Assembly: GCA_013334755.1 (NCBI GenBank)
Contig: JAAXWX010000001.1
Span: forward strand, 35,920 to 99,919
Direction: 5' to 3'
Origin: Chlorobiaceae bacterium
GTDB lineage: Bacteria; Bacteroidota; Chlorobiia; Chlorobiales; Chlorobiaceae
Length of the DNA: 64,000 bases
The notes beneath the pieces are model-generated. The model was not told where the DNA came from and did no database searches. It was given only the letters and a program-made list of their open reading frames with translations. A program made the position numbers and the translations under genes. Below, in pieces: positions 1 through 10,441 of this stretch (position 1 is the stretch's first letter; each line of letters begins with the position of its first letter).

Positions 1-244
1 AAACGAAACGGAATCTGTGGTGAATTCACTATTTGAAAGCATCATTGATTCTCTGAAAGCTGGAAAGAGAATCGAGATCAGAGGATTCGGCTCGTTCAAT
101 ATCAGGCACAAAAATCTGCGCCAGGCAAGAAACCCGAGAACTGGAGAAAAGGTGACGGTTGAACCTAAAAATGTTCCGTCATTTAAAATATCGAAGGAGT
201 TCAAGCTTGCTGTGAGTGAAAGCCTTAAATCTGATGGCGAATAG
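1..244 (+). CDS. HU/integration host factor family DNA-binding protein (5'-truncated by window edge)
   Basis: IEIRGFGSF...ARNPRTGE...VPSFKISKEFK is the HU/IHF signature; the frame is open back to the window start. Confidence 0.9.
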   Translation, partial: NETESVVNSLFESIIDSLKAGKRIEIRGFGSFNIRHKNLRQARNPRTGEKVTVEPKNVPSFKISKEFKLAVSESLKSDGE

Positions 245-263
245 CTTTTCGTCGCCTCATGAC

Positions 264-500
264 ATGATAACTTATAGCGCCCCAACTGAACGGCTTTCCG
301 GTTCGGTTGAAAGAGTTACGTTTCACAGCGAAGAATAGGGGTTCTGTATACTGCGGACAAAGGTAAAAGTGCGTCGTGACCTGGTTACTGTTGTTGGTTC
401 GGCCGCTTCCGTTACTCCTGGTGAGTTTATCGAATGTATAGGAAATTGGCATAACGATCGAACGTACGGGCTTCAGTTTAAAACGATCCGGTTGACAGTT
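264..500 (+). pseudogene. RecD2-like helicase N-terminal remnant
   Basis: ATG at 264 reads MITYSAPTERLSGSVERVTFHSEE*GFCILRTKVKVRRDLVTVVGSAASVTPGEFIECIGNWHNDRTYGLQFK, with in-frame TAG at 336-338; matches the RecD2 N-terminus (VERVTFH..GFCVLR..DLVTVVG..W.ND..G.QF); similarity ends near 500. Confidence 0.75.
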
Positions 501-701
501 TGTGCTTATATACAACCTGCAGGAAAGAACAAGTTGCAGTCGCTTTGCAAAGAGTGGAGAACCATCATGCATTAGCTGTAAAAATTATCTTCAGAACATT
601 TACTTTACATAACTAATATTATACAACAAATATTGATTTGAACAAACAGTCATACTCACATCGCTTTTTTGAGCGGTTTCGACTCTTCTCCTGTAAATAA
701 G

Positions 702-735
702 AAACCCGGACAGAACTGACGTCCTGTCCGGGTTT
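702..735 (-). terminator. Rho-independent terminator of the RRM gene
   Basis: aaacccggacag-N10-ctgtccgggttt hairpin about 20 nt downstream of the stop, with a T-rich tail on the minus strand. Confidence 0.8.
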
Positions 736-757
736 TAGTAAAAAACAGCCAGAAAGC

Positions 758-1045
758 TTAGTAGCGGTCTCTTCTTGGCGATCTGTCTTCGCGTGGTCTT
801 TCTTCGCGAGGTTTCGCTTCGTTTACCGTCACAGTGCGACCGTTCAAATCTTTTCCATTCATTGATTCGATAGCCTCACGAGCTTCACTGTCCTTAGGCA
901 TTTCAACAAATCCAAACCCTTTGGAACGGCCTGAAAATTTGTCATTGATGATGCTTGCGTTTGCAACTTCTCCGAATTCGGAAAAAGCATCGCGAAGGTC
1001 ATCTTCAGTTACAGTATAAGCCAAATTACCGATGTAAATATTCAT
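758..1045 (-). CDS. RNA recognition motif (RRM/RNP-1) RNA-binding protein
   Basis: MNIYIGNL (RNP2) and SKGFGFVEM (RNP1), R/D-rich tail; start placed at ATG 1045 rather than the ORF-track start. Confidence 0.95.
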   Translation of the reverse strand: MNIYIGNLAYTVTEDDLRDAFSEFGEVANASIINDKFSGRSKGFGFVEMPKDSEAREAIESMNGKDLNGRTVTVNEAKPREERPREDRSPRRDRY

Positions 1046-1333
1046 TATTAATGTCAGTGTACATGTGCATTGATAGAGAGAGATACCGGCAAGTAACCAA
1101 GGCACAAATTACTTGAATAGCGATCAGTCAACCATTGACTGATTTCTGTATCAAGTTTAACGTAATTAAAGATGTTTTCAAAACTAAACCTCTATTGAAC
1201 AGATTATTATTACAATAAGCCAAACGGGCTGTATCCTATATTTTTGACAAGATTGGACGTAACAATTTGTAATGAAACAGGTTATAATTTTTTTAACCGA
1301 AAATGGCAGCTATAGTGTCCAGGCAATGCCGAC

Positions 1334-1365
1334 AAAAAAAAGGCAGGAATGGTGATTCCTGCCTT
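1334..1365 (-). terminator. Rho-independent terminator of aclBA
   Basis: aaggcaggaat-ggtg-attcctgcctt hairpin followed by a T run on the minus strand. Confidence 0.85.
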
Positions 1366-1404
1366 GTAATCATGCTTCATGCATATCATTGATGCCTGAA
1401 AGCA

Positions 1405-3246
1405 TTAAGTGGTTTGCTTTTTTTCAGGTACTTCGCGTTCTTCCTTTACAGCATAGTTGATCAGGTAATCATAGAGTCTGATAAGGCGCGAATTCTGATT
1501 GTTCTGATCGATCCAGTGGCCAATCATGCCAATCGTACGTGCCAAAACGAAGAAACCATTAAGTGAGTATTCAGGGAAATCAAGATCTACAAGAATACAG
1601 CCAATAGTGCCATCGACATTCAGGATAAGGTTATCCTTCTTGGCTGTCGTGATCTTTTCAACCTGAAGCGCATAATCGAGACATGGTGTATGCAATGACG
1701 TCTGGTTTGTAACATAGTCAACCAGATATTTTACCCGTTTGTCAGGATTTTTAACGCTTTTCACCCTGTGGCCAATGCCAGGCACGGGACCGACATTCTG
1801 TTTCATCCAGTTAAGAAATCCAGGGATGTCGTTCGGATACTCCTTGACGCCGTACTTGAAATATTTTCCGGCATTGGTTACAGCGCCACCGAATCTTGGT
1901 CCAATCATGGTCATGCCTGCTGATACGGCCTGTGGCAGGTCGATGCCGGCACAAGCAGCAATAATAGAGCCGAATGCTCCGGAAACTGCCGGACCGTGAT
2001 CGGCTGAAATCATGATAATGCGTTTGATGATCTCAGACTCTTCCTTTGTTGGAAGTTTCTTGTTCCAAAGCAGCCCGATGACGTCCTCTATGCCATATCC
2101 TTTCTCACAAAGCTCTGAAGCAGCATAGCCGACATAACGAGGCTCTTCGCCACGGTCGTCAGAAATGGTGGTGCGAATTAGAGGCTCTACAATAACGTCA
2201 CCCTGCTTCATGACTTCCTGAACACTTGGAGGAAGTGCCGGCAGGAGTTTTTCATCAAGTTCCGCTTCCGGTTTGATCACACCTGTCTGGAGCAACTCCT
2301 CGTAAACCTGCTTGATCGCCTTGCTGAGCCCCCCGAAAGTATCAGGAACAACTGCTCCTGCTGCACGCAGTGCGTTGATTTTCGAACGTGCTGATCCAAG
2401 CCCTTTTTTCCCTTCCTTTGCACCTGCATGGCCGAATTTCATTCCCTGGGGCAGGACATCCTGGCAGGTTCCACCAATTGATGCAATGACTTTAATCCGT
2501 CGTATTTCTTTCCCGAGCCATTCCGCGGCCTCTTCCTCAAGCGTTCCGCCTACCTCTCCGACAATAACGACAGCCTTGGTTTCAGGGTCGTTTTCAAACA
2601 TATTGAGATAGGTCACGAAGTCTGTACCAGGATAGGAGTCGCCGCCGATAGCTACTGCAGACGTGATGCCGTTGCCATTCTGGGCACAGAGCCACATGGC
2701 TTCGTTCGAAAGTCCGCCCGACTTGGTGATGACGCCAAATGAACCTGGTCGATAGAGATTACAGAGCTTCAGGTTTTTGAACTCACCGCCGATAACACCA
2801 AGGCGACACTCCCCTGCAGACATGATACCGATTGAAGAAGGTCCGTTGAAAATTTTACCTGTCTCAATTGCATATTTACGCAACCGTTTGGCATCCTTTT
2901 CCGGAACTCCTTCCGTAATCATGGTAACAAGCTTGATCCCTTTTGCATCAAGAGCTTCTTTTGCTGACTGATATGCCCTGGATGCGCCGATATAGATAAG
3001 CGCGGTATTAATCTGAGGGTTCTCCTCGAGGGCTTTTTCGAGCGACGAATAAACGGTCACGTTATTCAGCTCGCCTCCCCGGTAAATCTCTTTCTGCTGA
3101 CCTTCCTCCGGTGGGTAGACAAACGCCTGAACCGTCAGCGGCCGGTTAATCAGAAAGTCGAACTGAGCCATCCGCCTTGCAGCATTCAATCCAGCAATAC
3201 CGCCAATGATGACCGCTCGTGTATCCTTATTTGCTATAATACTCAC
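1405..3246 (-). CDS. aclA: ATP citrate lyase alpha subunit (reverse TCA cycle)
   Basis: CoA-binding/ligase N-terminus, phospho-His motif FGHAGA, citrate-synthase-like C-terminus (ADHGPAVSGA, PGIGHRVKS). Confidence 0.97.
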   Translation of the reverse strand: MSIIANKDTRAVIIGGIAGLNAARRMAQFDFLINRPLTVQAFVYPPEEGQQKEIYRGGELNNVTVYSSLEKALEENPQINTALIYIGASRAYQSAKEALDAKGIKLVTMITEGVPEKDAKRLRKYAIETGKIFNGPSSIGIMSAGECRLGVIGGEFKNLKLCNLYRPGSFGVITKSGGLSNEAMWLCAQNGNGITSAVAIGGDSYPGTDFVTYLNMFENDPETKAVVIVGEVGGTLEEEAAEWLGKEIRRIKVIASIGGTCQDVLPQGMKFGHAGAKEGKKGLGSARSKINALRAAGAVVPDTFGGLSKAIKQVYEELLQTGVIKPEAELDEKLLPALPPSVQEVMKQGDVIVEPLIRTTISDDRGEEPRYVGYAASELCEKGYGIEDVIGLLWNKKLPTKEESEIIKRIIMISADHGPAVSGAFGSIIAACAGIDLPQAVSAGMTMIGPRFGGAVTNAGKYFKYGVKEYPNDIPGFLNWMKQNVGPVPGIGHRVKSVKNPDKRVKYLVDYVTNQTSLHTPCLDYALQVEKITTAKKDNLILNVDGTIGCILVDLDFPEYSLNGFFVLARTIGMIGHWIDQNNQNSRLIRLYDYLINYAVKEEREVPEKKQTT

Positions 3247-3307
3247 GATTCTTACGGTTTATAAGTTAGAAGTTTCTCTTTGGGCGTTCCTGCGATACCG
3301 CCTGACC

Positions 3308-4504
3308 TTATGAATTCAAAGCGAGGTCAACAATATCGGTCATTGGCATGCTGCGATCATACACATGGATCTCAAACCCCTCTTCCTGCAGCTTTTTCAT
3401 TGCAGCAAGTCCCTGGTTTTCGTTCGGCCCACCACGTCTTACCCAGATTTGCACGTTTTCAAGGTACCCTTTTGATTTGCTCTCACGGAATCCATTGATA
3501 ATTCCGCTGAAGGTTGCCTTGACATCAGTAAAATTGGCTATTGCGCCGCCGACAATGATATGTTTGATATTGGGAAGCCTGCAGATTGTTTCTGTAAGAG
3601 CTTCTACTGCCCAGTCTGGAGGATCACCGGAATATTCGGCGTAATTGGCAATTGAACCGCCTCTTGCAACCACGGCATCGGAATAAAAGACAGAAGCGCC
3701 GCCACCTGCCGTAAGTAGCGCAATGTTCCCGCCGGGTACTTCAACAAGCTTGACCGACCCCTTGATTCGGGCATCGATATCCATGATCTGCTGTTCAGCT
3801 TCTGTGTAGGATCGTCCGATTTCGGAAACCGGTTTGAAATCCCAGTCAGCATGACGGAAGCGTGCATCCCAGTCAACATTCATAACGGCATCAAGTGCCG
3901 CAAAACGCATGTCACTCTTGCGTATGACAAGCGGATTGATCTCGATTGACTGCGCATCTTCGTTGTCAAAACAGAGAATTAGACGTGATGCAATTTTTGC
4001 GACACGTTCGGCAATTTCACCAACGAAGCCTGCCTGAAGGGCCGCTTCAGTAATGGCTTCAATACTCGGTGTTTCATCAAGAGGAATGACAAGTCGCTTA
4101 ACGGTATCCCAGTTATCTTCAATATCCACGCCCCCCCTGTTGGAGAGAAGAAGTTCGCTGCCGTCTCGGTTACCGGCAATAGACAAGTAATACTCCTCGT
4201 CATGATCAAGCATTTCAGCAACAATGACCTGACGAACAACCGATGTGCCGATCTGACGTCCAATCATCTCCTTTGCTGCCTCATAAGCCTCGTCAAGATT
4301 CAGTCCCAGCTTTACCAGACCAAGCTTGAATCTCCCGCCGATAGCTTCATGAGCTTTCACAACGAGTTTTGATTCTCTTAACCATTTATTAGCTTCCCCA
4401 AGTTGGGCAAGGCGGTCGGGATCCATGATAACAACATAATTAGGCACGGGAATGCCCCATTTGTTGAATAACTTCATGGCTGGCCCTTCAAGTATCTTAG
4501 CCAT
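3308..4504 (-). CDS. aclB: ATP citrate lyase beta subunit
   Basis: ATP-grasp N-terminus, AGGGASV, NYAEYSGDP, GGAIANFTDV, VRRGGPN; directly upstream of aclA. Confidence 0.97.
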   Translation of the reverse strand: MAKILEGPAMKLFNKWGIPVPNYVVIMDPDRLAQLGEANKWLRESKLVVKAHEAIGGRFKLGLVKLGLNLDEAYEAAKEMIGRQIGTSVVRQVIVAEMLDHDEEYYLSIAGNRDGSELLLSNRGGVDIEDNWDTVKRLVIPLDETPSIEAITEAALQAGFVGEIAERVAKIASRLILCFDNEDAQSIEINPLVIRKSDMRFAALDAVMNVDWDARFRHADWDFKPVSEIGRSYTEAEQQIMDIDARIKGSVKLVEVPGGNIALLTAGGGASVFYSDAVVARGGSIANYAEYSGDPPDWAVEALTETICRLPNIKHIIVGGAIANFTDVKATFSGIINGFRESKSKGYLENVQIWVRRGGPNENQGLAAMKKLQEEGFEIHVYDRSMPMTDIVDLALNS

Positions 4505-4613
4505 ACTATCGGTTTTTGTATGTTAATGGGTAGAAACGCTGCACAGAAAAGCGCAAGATTTTAAGTTAACTAAATTTTTATTTGATCCAATAGCTTGAAA
4601 AAAAATCATCGTT

Positions 4614-5465
4614 ATGAGTGATATTTTACTTTGGTGGCAGAATTTACCCTCACAAATGAATCCCGTAATTTTTTCAATCGGATCTTTCGCTATTCGCTGG
4701 TATGGCATGATGTATATTATTGCCTTCGCTGTCACCTATCTCCTGAGCCATTATCGCATCAAAAGTGAAAAGCTTCCTTTTGAACGTTCCTTTGTTGGCG
4801 ACGCCCTGACATGGGCCATGGTTGGTGTTGTGCTGGGAGGGCGTCTTGGATATATTTTTTTTTACGGAATGAGCTCTTTTCTGGCTGATCCTCTCGGCTC
4901 ACTCATACCCTGGGTATCCGGTCCCGGAGGGTGTCGTTTTGCGGGCATTACCGGAATGTCCTATCATGGCGGGGTAATCGGGGTAATTATTGCTTTCCTG
5001 GTGTTTACCCATTCGCAGAAAAAAGGTTTTTTTGAAACATTTGATCTTTTTATTCCATCAATACCTCTTGGCTATACCTTTGGTCGACTTGGAAACTTCA
5101 TCAACGGCGAACTGTATGGAAGGATTACTGATTCCCCTTTTGGCATGTATTTTCCGCTTGCTCCAACCCATGAACTCCGCTACCCTTCCCAGCTCTATGA
5201 AGCTCTCTTCGAAGGAATCGTGCTCTTTATTATCCTATGGAGCCTGCGCAGAAAATCCCCTTTCCCCGGATTTCTTGCCGCAATCTATCTTATCGGCTAC
5301 GGGTTTGTTCGCTTTTTTATCGAATTTGTTCGTGAACCAGACGCCCATCTCGGCTTTATCTTCCTGAACTTTTCAATGGGTCAGGTGCTCTGCTTCTTCA
5401 TGATGATAGCCGGGGTCGCGGTGTTTCTTTTCAACAAACCTTCAACCCGGTCAGCGGGGAGTTAG
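4614..5465 (+). CDS. lgt: Prolipoprotein diacylglyceryl transferase
   Basis: IRWYG, GGRLGY, GMSYHGG, GRLGNFINGELYGR, PSQLYEA motifs. Confidence 0.97.
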   Translation: MSDILLWWQNLPSQMNPVIFSIGSFAIRWYGMMYIIAFAVTYLLSHYRIKSEKLPFERSFVGDALTWAMVGVVLGGRLGYIFFYGMSSFLADPLGSLIPWVSGPGGCRFAGITGMSYHGGVIGVIIAFLVFTHSQKKGFFETFDLFIPSIPLGYTFGRLGNFINGELYGRITDSPFGMYFPLAPTHELRYPSQLYEALFEGIVLFIILWSLRRKSPFPGFLAAIYLIGYGFVRFFIEFVREPDAHLGFIFLNFSMGQVLCFFMMIAGVAVFLFNKPSTRSAGS

Positions 5466-6236
5466 GAGCACCTCTTCCCCACTTCCGAAACAGCGGCGCC
5501 GTATGATGAGCATGACAATGACAGAACTGACCGCCGTTGAACCAACCAGCATCAGCATGACAACAATCTGGTAACGGATGGCAATGAGCGGGTCAGTTCC
5601 CGCAAGAATCTGGCCCGACATCATTCCTGGAATAAAGACAAGACCAACCCCCATCATGGCGTTGATCGATGGAATCATGCCTGCGGTAACCGCATTCCTG
5701 AAAATATCATTGCTTGCTTCACGGTAATTGGCACCGAGAGAGAGCTTCATTTCCAGCACATCTTTCTGTTGACGCATATCTTTGAAAAGCCGTTCCAGAG
5801 AGATGGCAAGTGCTGACATCGAATTGCCGATTACCATCCCGCCTGCCGGAATGAAGTAACGTGGTTCCCACCATGGAGTGATGCCGATAACCAAACCGGA
5901 AACGAAAAGCGCTGTAGCCAGATAACTGACGAGCATGGTCAGAAATGTCGGAAGGATATAGGGTATCTGCTTCTCCTTGACCCTTCCTTTAATGATAAAC
6001 ATGGCAGAGACGACCATCACCATGAAAACGCTGAGTGTCAGCCAGGGATTGGAGGTTTTCAAAATGAAGGTCAGCACATACCCCATAAGAAAAAGCTGTG
6101 AAAAAGTACGCAGTGTGCCTATGGCAATATCACGGTTAAGACCAAGATGGTAGATAAATGAACTTGCCTGTGCGATCAAAATAAAGAGAAGCGCAAGCAG
6201 AAGCTGACCGGTTGAGATGTCAATAATCTGGTTCAT
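5451..6236 (-). CDS. ABC transporter permease, UPF0014/FetB (YbbM) family
   Basis: Multi-TM protein; IPAGGMVIGNSM, GLVFIPGMMSGQILAG.DP..A.RYQI motifs. Confidence 0.9.
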   Translation of the reverse strand: MNQIIDISTGQLLLALLFILIAQASSFIYHLGLNRDIAIGTLRTFSQLFLMGYVLTFILKTSNPWLTLSVFMVMVVSAMFIIKGRVKEKQIPYILPTFLTMLVSYLATALFVSGLVIGITPWWEPRYFIPAGGMVIGNSMSALAISLERLFKDMRQQKDVLEMKLSLGANYREASNDIFRNAVTAGMIPSINAMMGVGLVFIPGMMSGQILAGTDPLIAIRYQIVVMLMLVGSTAVSSVIVMLIIRRRCFGSGEEVLLTPR

Positions 6237-6901
6237 GATGAACGATGCAGTGATCGGTTGGCGAGTGTATAGGTCAGCGACTTCACTGTTTCTGGTTGGT
6301 AATCGTTGTGGGTAACAGTTATTACGGTTCTTCGCTGCTCGACGTTCAGTCGCTCCATAATGGAAAACACCATTAAAGCACTCTCCTGGTCAAGGGCAGA
6401 TGTTGGTTCGTCAAGCAGAAGCAGCAGAGGCTCCTGAAGGAGTGCTCTCATGATGGCTACCCGCTGTTTCTGGCCAGTCGAGAGCTTCATGGTTGAATGA
6501 TCGAGGCTGACATCGCTGAGGTAAAAAATTTTCAGCATCACACTGAGCTCGTTTTTGCCTGGAGGAGATTTATCAGCGTTGATGGCAAATGAAAACGGTA
6601 ACAGCAGGTTTTCCATGACCGAAAGATCCAGCATCTGAGGAATCTGGGCAACGTAACTTATGGAACTTCTGAGCTTTGCAGGAGTAATCGATTGTATATC
6701 GGATCCCTGAAAGAGAATGGAACCTCCAGTCAACTGGTTAAGCCGGCATATAAGACGTAGAAGTGTCGATTTTCCGCATCCTGATGGACCTTTCACAAGA
6801 ATGAATTCTCCCGGTAAAACGGTCAGATTGAGATGTTCAAAAACAGGAGGCGATCCCTCATAGGCAAAGGAAATATCCCGTATGTCAAGCAAAGAAGTCA
6901 T
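6233..6901 (-). CDS. ABC transporter ATP-binding protein, FetA (YbbL)-like
   Basis: Walker A GPSGCGKS, signature LSTGQKQR, Walker B LLLDEPT; 4-bp overlap with the permease. Confidence 0.92.
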   Translation of the reverse strand: MTSLLDIRDISFAYEGSPPVFEHLNLTVLPGEFILVKGPSGCGKSTLLRLICRLNQLTGGSILFQGSDIQSITPAKLRSSISYVAQIPQMLDLSVMENLLLPFSFAINADKSPPGKNELSVMLKIFYLSDVSLDHSTMKLSTGQKQRVAIMRALLQEPLLLLLDEPTSALDQESALMVFSIMERLNVEQRRTVITVTHNDYQPETVKSLTYTLANRSLHRSS

Positions 6902-7143
6902 AATTGGTGTTTCTCGTAAAACACGAGATTACTTGATAAAACAGTTTGTTCACTTTTGAAAATATCTTGATATTTTACTGTACTTCCTAAGTCAAAGCTC
7001 TGGCTTTGCTGCATTGAAACGATTCTTGATGCTGTTCAGAGGTTTCCTGTAAAGGACAATTCCGGAAGACTACACAATGCATCACTGTTTGTATCGACAG
7101 AAACAGCACATCTGTTTTTTAACTTTTTAACTTCCTTAACGAT

Positions 7144-9738
7144 ATGAAGGCACCTGAAGAACGTCTCGGATCTTTTTATCTCGGAGCCGAATATGATCTG
7201 GCAGCAGGTACCCGGCTTGAAAAACCGGTTCATTACGACGCCAGGGATCTGACGACACATGCCGTATGCGTCGGAATGACAGGCAGCGGTAAAACCGGGT
7301 TGTGTATCGGCCTGCTTGAAGAGGCCGCTCTTGACCGGATACCAACGTTGCTGATTGATCCTAAAGGTGATATGACCAACCTTCTCCTGCAGTTTCCTGA
7401 CCTCTTGCCGGAAAACTTTCAGCCCTGGATCAATGCTGACGATGCCCGGCGCAAAGGGAAAAGTGTCGAGGAGTTTGCCGCCTCAACCGCAGAAGTATGG
7501 AAAAATGGCCTTGCAGACTGGGGGGTCGGCGCGGACCGGATCCGTCTTTTGAAGGAATCTGCTGATTTTACCATTTATACTCCCGGTTCCGATGCGGGGA
7601 TTCCTGTAAGCATTCTCGGCAGTCTCAAAGCCCCCGATCTTGACTTTGAAGAACATGCGGAAACCATCCGTGAAAGAATCAGTGGTACAGTTAGCGCATT
7701 GCTCGGACTGGCCGGAATAAAGGCCGATCCGGTGCGAAGTCGCGAATCAATCTTGCTTGCCGGTATTTTTGAGCATTTCTGGAAAGCCGGAATAGATCTT
7801 GATCTGGCAGCGCTCATCATGTCGATACAGAAACCACCGATGCGTCAGGTCGGAGTTTTTGAAGTAGATACTTTCTTCCCGGAAAAGGAGCGCTTCGAAC
7901 TGGCTATGGCGTTCAATACAATTCTGGCTTCTCCTACTTTTCAGAGCTGGCTCACAGGTGATCCGCTCGATATCGGTATGATGCTGTATACCCCCGAAGG
8001 AAAACCGAGGCACAGTATTTTTTACCTTGCCCATCTTTCCGACAGCGAACGGATGTTTTTTGTCACTCTTCTGCTTGAAAATGTGCTGACCTGGGTTCGC
8101 TCTCAGCCTGGCACTTCAAGCCTTCGAGCGTTACTCTATTTTGACGAAGTGTTCGGATTTCTGCCGCCTGTTGCTGAACCTTCATCGAAACGTCCGCTCC
8201 TCACCCTCCTCAAACAGGCACGGGCGTTCGGCCTCGGCTGTGTGCTGGTAACCCAGAATCCGGTTGATCTTGACTATAAGGGGCTTACTAATACCGGAAC
8301 CTGGTTTATCGGAAAACTTCAGGCAGAACGTGACAAGGAGCGGGTACTTGAGGGGCTGAAAAGCGCAATTTCGGAAGCAGGAGGCGGCAGCAGCCGCGTT
8401 GATTACGATCAACTGATCAGTCAACTCGGCAACCGTGTTTTTCTGATGCATAATGTTCATGAGGATCGTCCGGTTGTTTTCCAGACCCGGTGGGCCATGA
8501 GCTATCTTTCCGGACCCCTGACCAGGCCTCAGATCCAGACGCTCATGAAAGAACGGAGAAAAAATAGCGGCATTACAACGGCTTCTGCTCAACCTGTGCA
8601 GGTGATATCCGGCGGCATTGCTTCTTCTGCTGCCGCAAGCCAACTCTCTTCCGGATCATCGTCATCACCAGGAACTGCTGATGCACCTTACGGTTTCAAT
8701 GAACAACGGCCTTCGCTTGATCCTGCTGTGAAACAGGTTTATCTCCCGGTCATGCTCACAGCGGACAGTGCTGTTCAAGAGCTTGCCAGGCAAAAAGGAA
8801 GTCTGCCACAGGTGCTTCAGAAACAGCTTGTTTATGAACCTGCAGTGATAGGAGCCGCATCGGTTGTGTTTTCAGACCGGAAACTCGAGCTGAATGAACA
8901 GGAAGAGGTTCTCATGGCTTATCACTCTTTCGGAAGTACGGCTTTAAAAACCGACTGGGAAAAAGCTGAACAGCTTTCAATCCCTCCTGACCGCCTGGAA
9001 AACAGCCCTGCTGATGCCGGTAATGGACATAAATCTTTCTTTGCTCCTGTACCCGAACAGGCAAACAACCCAAGGGAACTGGACGCATTCGGCAAGGAGC
9101 TTGCTGACTGGCTCTATTATCATTCACGACGCCGTATTGCCAGCCATAAGGAGCTTGGGCTCTTCCAGCATCCGACTGAGGACGAACGGGATTTCAGGAT
9201 ACGGCTGCAACAGGCTGCAAGGGAAAAACGCGATGCTGAAGTTGATTTGCTTGAAAAAAAATTCCAACCCCGCATTGAAAAACTTCAGGACAGAATTCAG
9301 CTTGAAGAACGGGAGCTTGTAAGAGATGAGGCCGAACACCAGAGCCGGAAAACGCAGGAACTGGTTGGAATCGGCGAAACCGTACTCGGCTTCTTTCTGG
9401 GAAGAAAAAGCTCAAGGGGCATCAGCAGTGCTCTCGGTAAAAGACGGATGACCGCCAATGCACAATCAGATGTTGAAGAATCAAAGAGTGTAATTGACAA
9501 TCTGGAGAGGGAAATCACCGAATGCAATACGGAAATGAAACGTATGGCTGATGAAATTACCGGGAAATGGGAGCAGCTTGACCAGGGGATCGGCACTGAA
9601 GAGATTGCACCACGCAGAACCGATATCAATGTGCATTTTGTTGCTCTGGGATGGCTTCCCTACTGGCGGATTTCCTATGCAGAAGGTCAGGGTGTCGGGA
9701 CTCTGCTGCTTCCGGCATTTGAAACCCACCCCGCGTGA
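7144..9738 (+). CDS. HerA/FtsK-like (DUF87/DUF853-type) ATPase with C-terminal coiled coil
   Basis: THAVCVGMTGSGKT (Walker A), LIDPKGD, LYFDEVFG (Walker B), LKQARAFG, VTQNPVDLDYK; E/K/R-rich helical C-terminal third. Confidence 0.85.
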   Translation: MKAPEERLGSFYLGAEYDLAAGTRLEKPVHYDARDLTTHAVCVGMTGSGKTGLCIGLLEEAALDRIPTLLIDPKGDMTNLLLQFPDLLPENFQPWINADDARRKGKSVEEFAASTAEVWKNGLADWGVGADRIRLLKESADFTIYTPGSDAGIPVSILGSLKAPDLDFEEHAETIRERISGTVSALLGLAGIKADPVRSRESILLAGIFEHFWKAGIDLDLAALIMSIQKPPMRQVGVFEVDTFFPEKERFELAMAFNTILASPTFQSWLTGDPLDIGMMLYTPEGKPRHSIFYLAHLSDSERMFFVTLLLENVLTWVRSQPGTSSLRALLYFDEVFGFLPPVAEPSSKRPLLTLLKQARAFGLGCVLVTQNPVDLDYKGLTNTGTWFIGKLQAERDKERVLEGLKSAISEAGGGSSRVDYDQLISQLGNRVFLMHNVHEDRPVVFQTRWAMSYLSGPLTRPQIQTLMKERRKNSGITTASAQPVQVISGGIASSAAASQLSSGSSSSPGTADAPYGFNEQRPSLDPAVKQVYLPVMLTADSAVQELARQKGSLPQVLQKQLVYEPAVIGAASVVFSDRKLELNEQEEVLMAYHSFGSTALKTDWEKAEQLSIPPDRLENSPADAGNGHKSFFAPVPEQANNPRELDAFGKELADWLYYHSRRRIASHKELGLFQHPTEDERDFRIRLQQAAREKRDAEVDLLEKKFQPRIEKLQDRIQLEERELVRDEAEHQSRKTQELVGIGETVLGFFLGRKSSRGISSALGKRRMTANAQSDVEESKSVIDNLEREITECNTEMKRMADEITGKWEQLDQGIGTEEIAPRRTDINVHFVALGWLPYWRISYAEGQGVGTLLLPAFETHPA

Positions 9739-9790
9739 ATCTGAAAACCTCAATACCGGGATGGTGAAAATCCCGGTATTGTCACGCTCT

Positions 9791-10441
9791 TTATGATGCC
9801 CCATTTGCCGGCTTACGAAGAAAGATATAACCGGTAAGAATAATAAGAGCTCCTGCAGTGCACCAGATGGGAAGGGCAAACCCTGAACCACCTTCGAACA
9901 TGCTGAACATGCCGAAGAGGAAAAAAATGACCGCCGCCCCGATTTTGATGATGTTTTCAGGCAATCGCGCTCCAAGCATTTTCCCTGCTATAATAGCCAG
10001 TCCATCAGAAAGCACCATGCCGATGGTTGAGCCGATCCAGACCGGTAGAAACGGATGAGTTGATGCCAGGGTAATGGTTGAAAGCATGGTTTTGTCACCA
10101 AGTTCTGCCATGAAAAAAGTTGAAAAAACCAGCCAGAAGGGGTGAACTCCTGTTTTGCAGCTTTTCTCGTCGTCATCAAGACAATCGCCGCGTAGTGTCC
10201 AGAAACCGAATGCAATAAACGCGATACCGGCAACAAATTTGATCCATTCGACCGGCAGTTTATCGCCAATGAACCAGCCAATTCCTGCAGAAAAAACATG
10301 AACGGCAAGGGTTGCCCAGAAAATCCCCCATAAAACAACACTGGTATTGTAACAGGTTGCAAGCGTCAGGGCGACAAGCTGGGTCTTGTCACCAAGTTCA
10401 GCAAGAAAAATCATGACCAGTGAAAGCCAGAATGCGTCCAT
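9791..10441 (-). CDS. TMEM165/GDT1 (UPF0016) family Mn2+/Ca2+ transporter
   Basis: Two E-x-G-D-K-T motifs ([18 protein letters not shown]) in a hydrophobic protein. Confidence 0.93.
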   Translation of the reverse strand: MDAFWLSLVMIFLAELGDKTQLVALTLATCYNTSVVLWGIFWATLAVHVFSAGIGWFIGDKLPVEWIKFVAGIAFIAFGFWTLRGDCLDDDEKSCKTGVHPFWLVFSTFFMAELGDKTMLSTITLASTHPFLPVWIGSTIGMVLSDGLAIIAGKMLGARLPENIIKIGAAVIFFLFGMFSMFEGGSGFALPIWCTAGALIILTGYIFLRKPANGAS

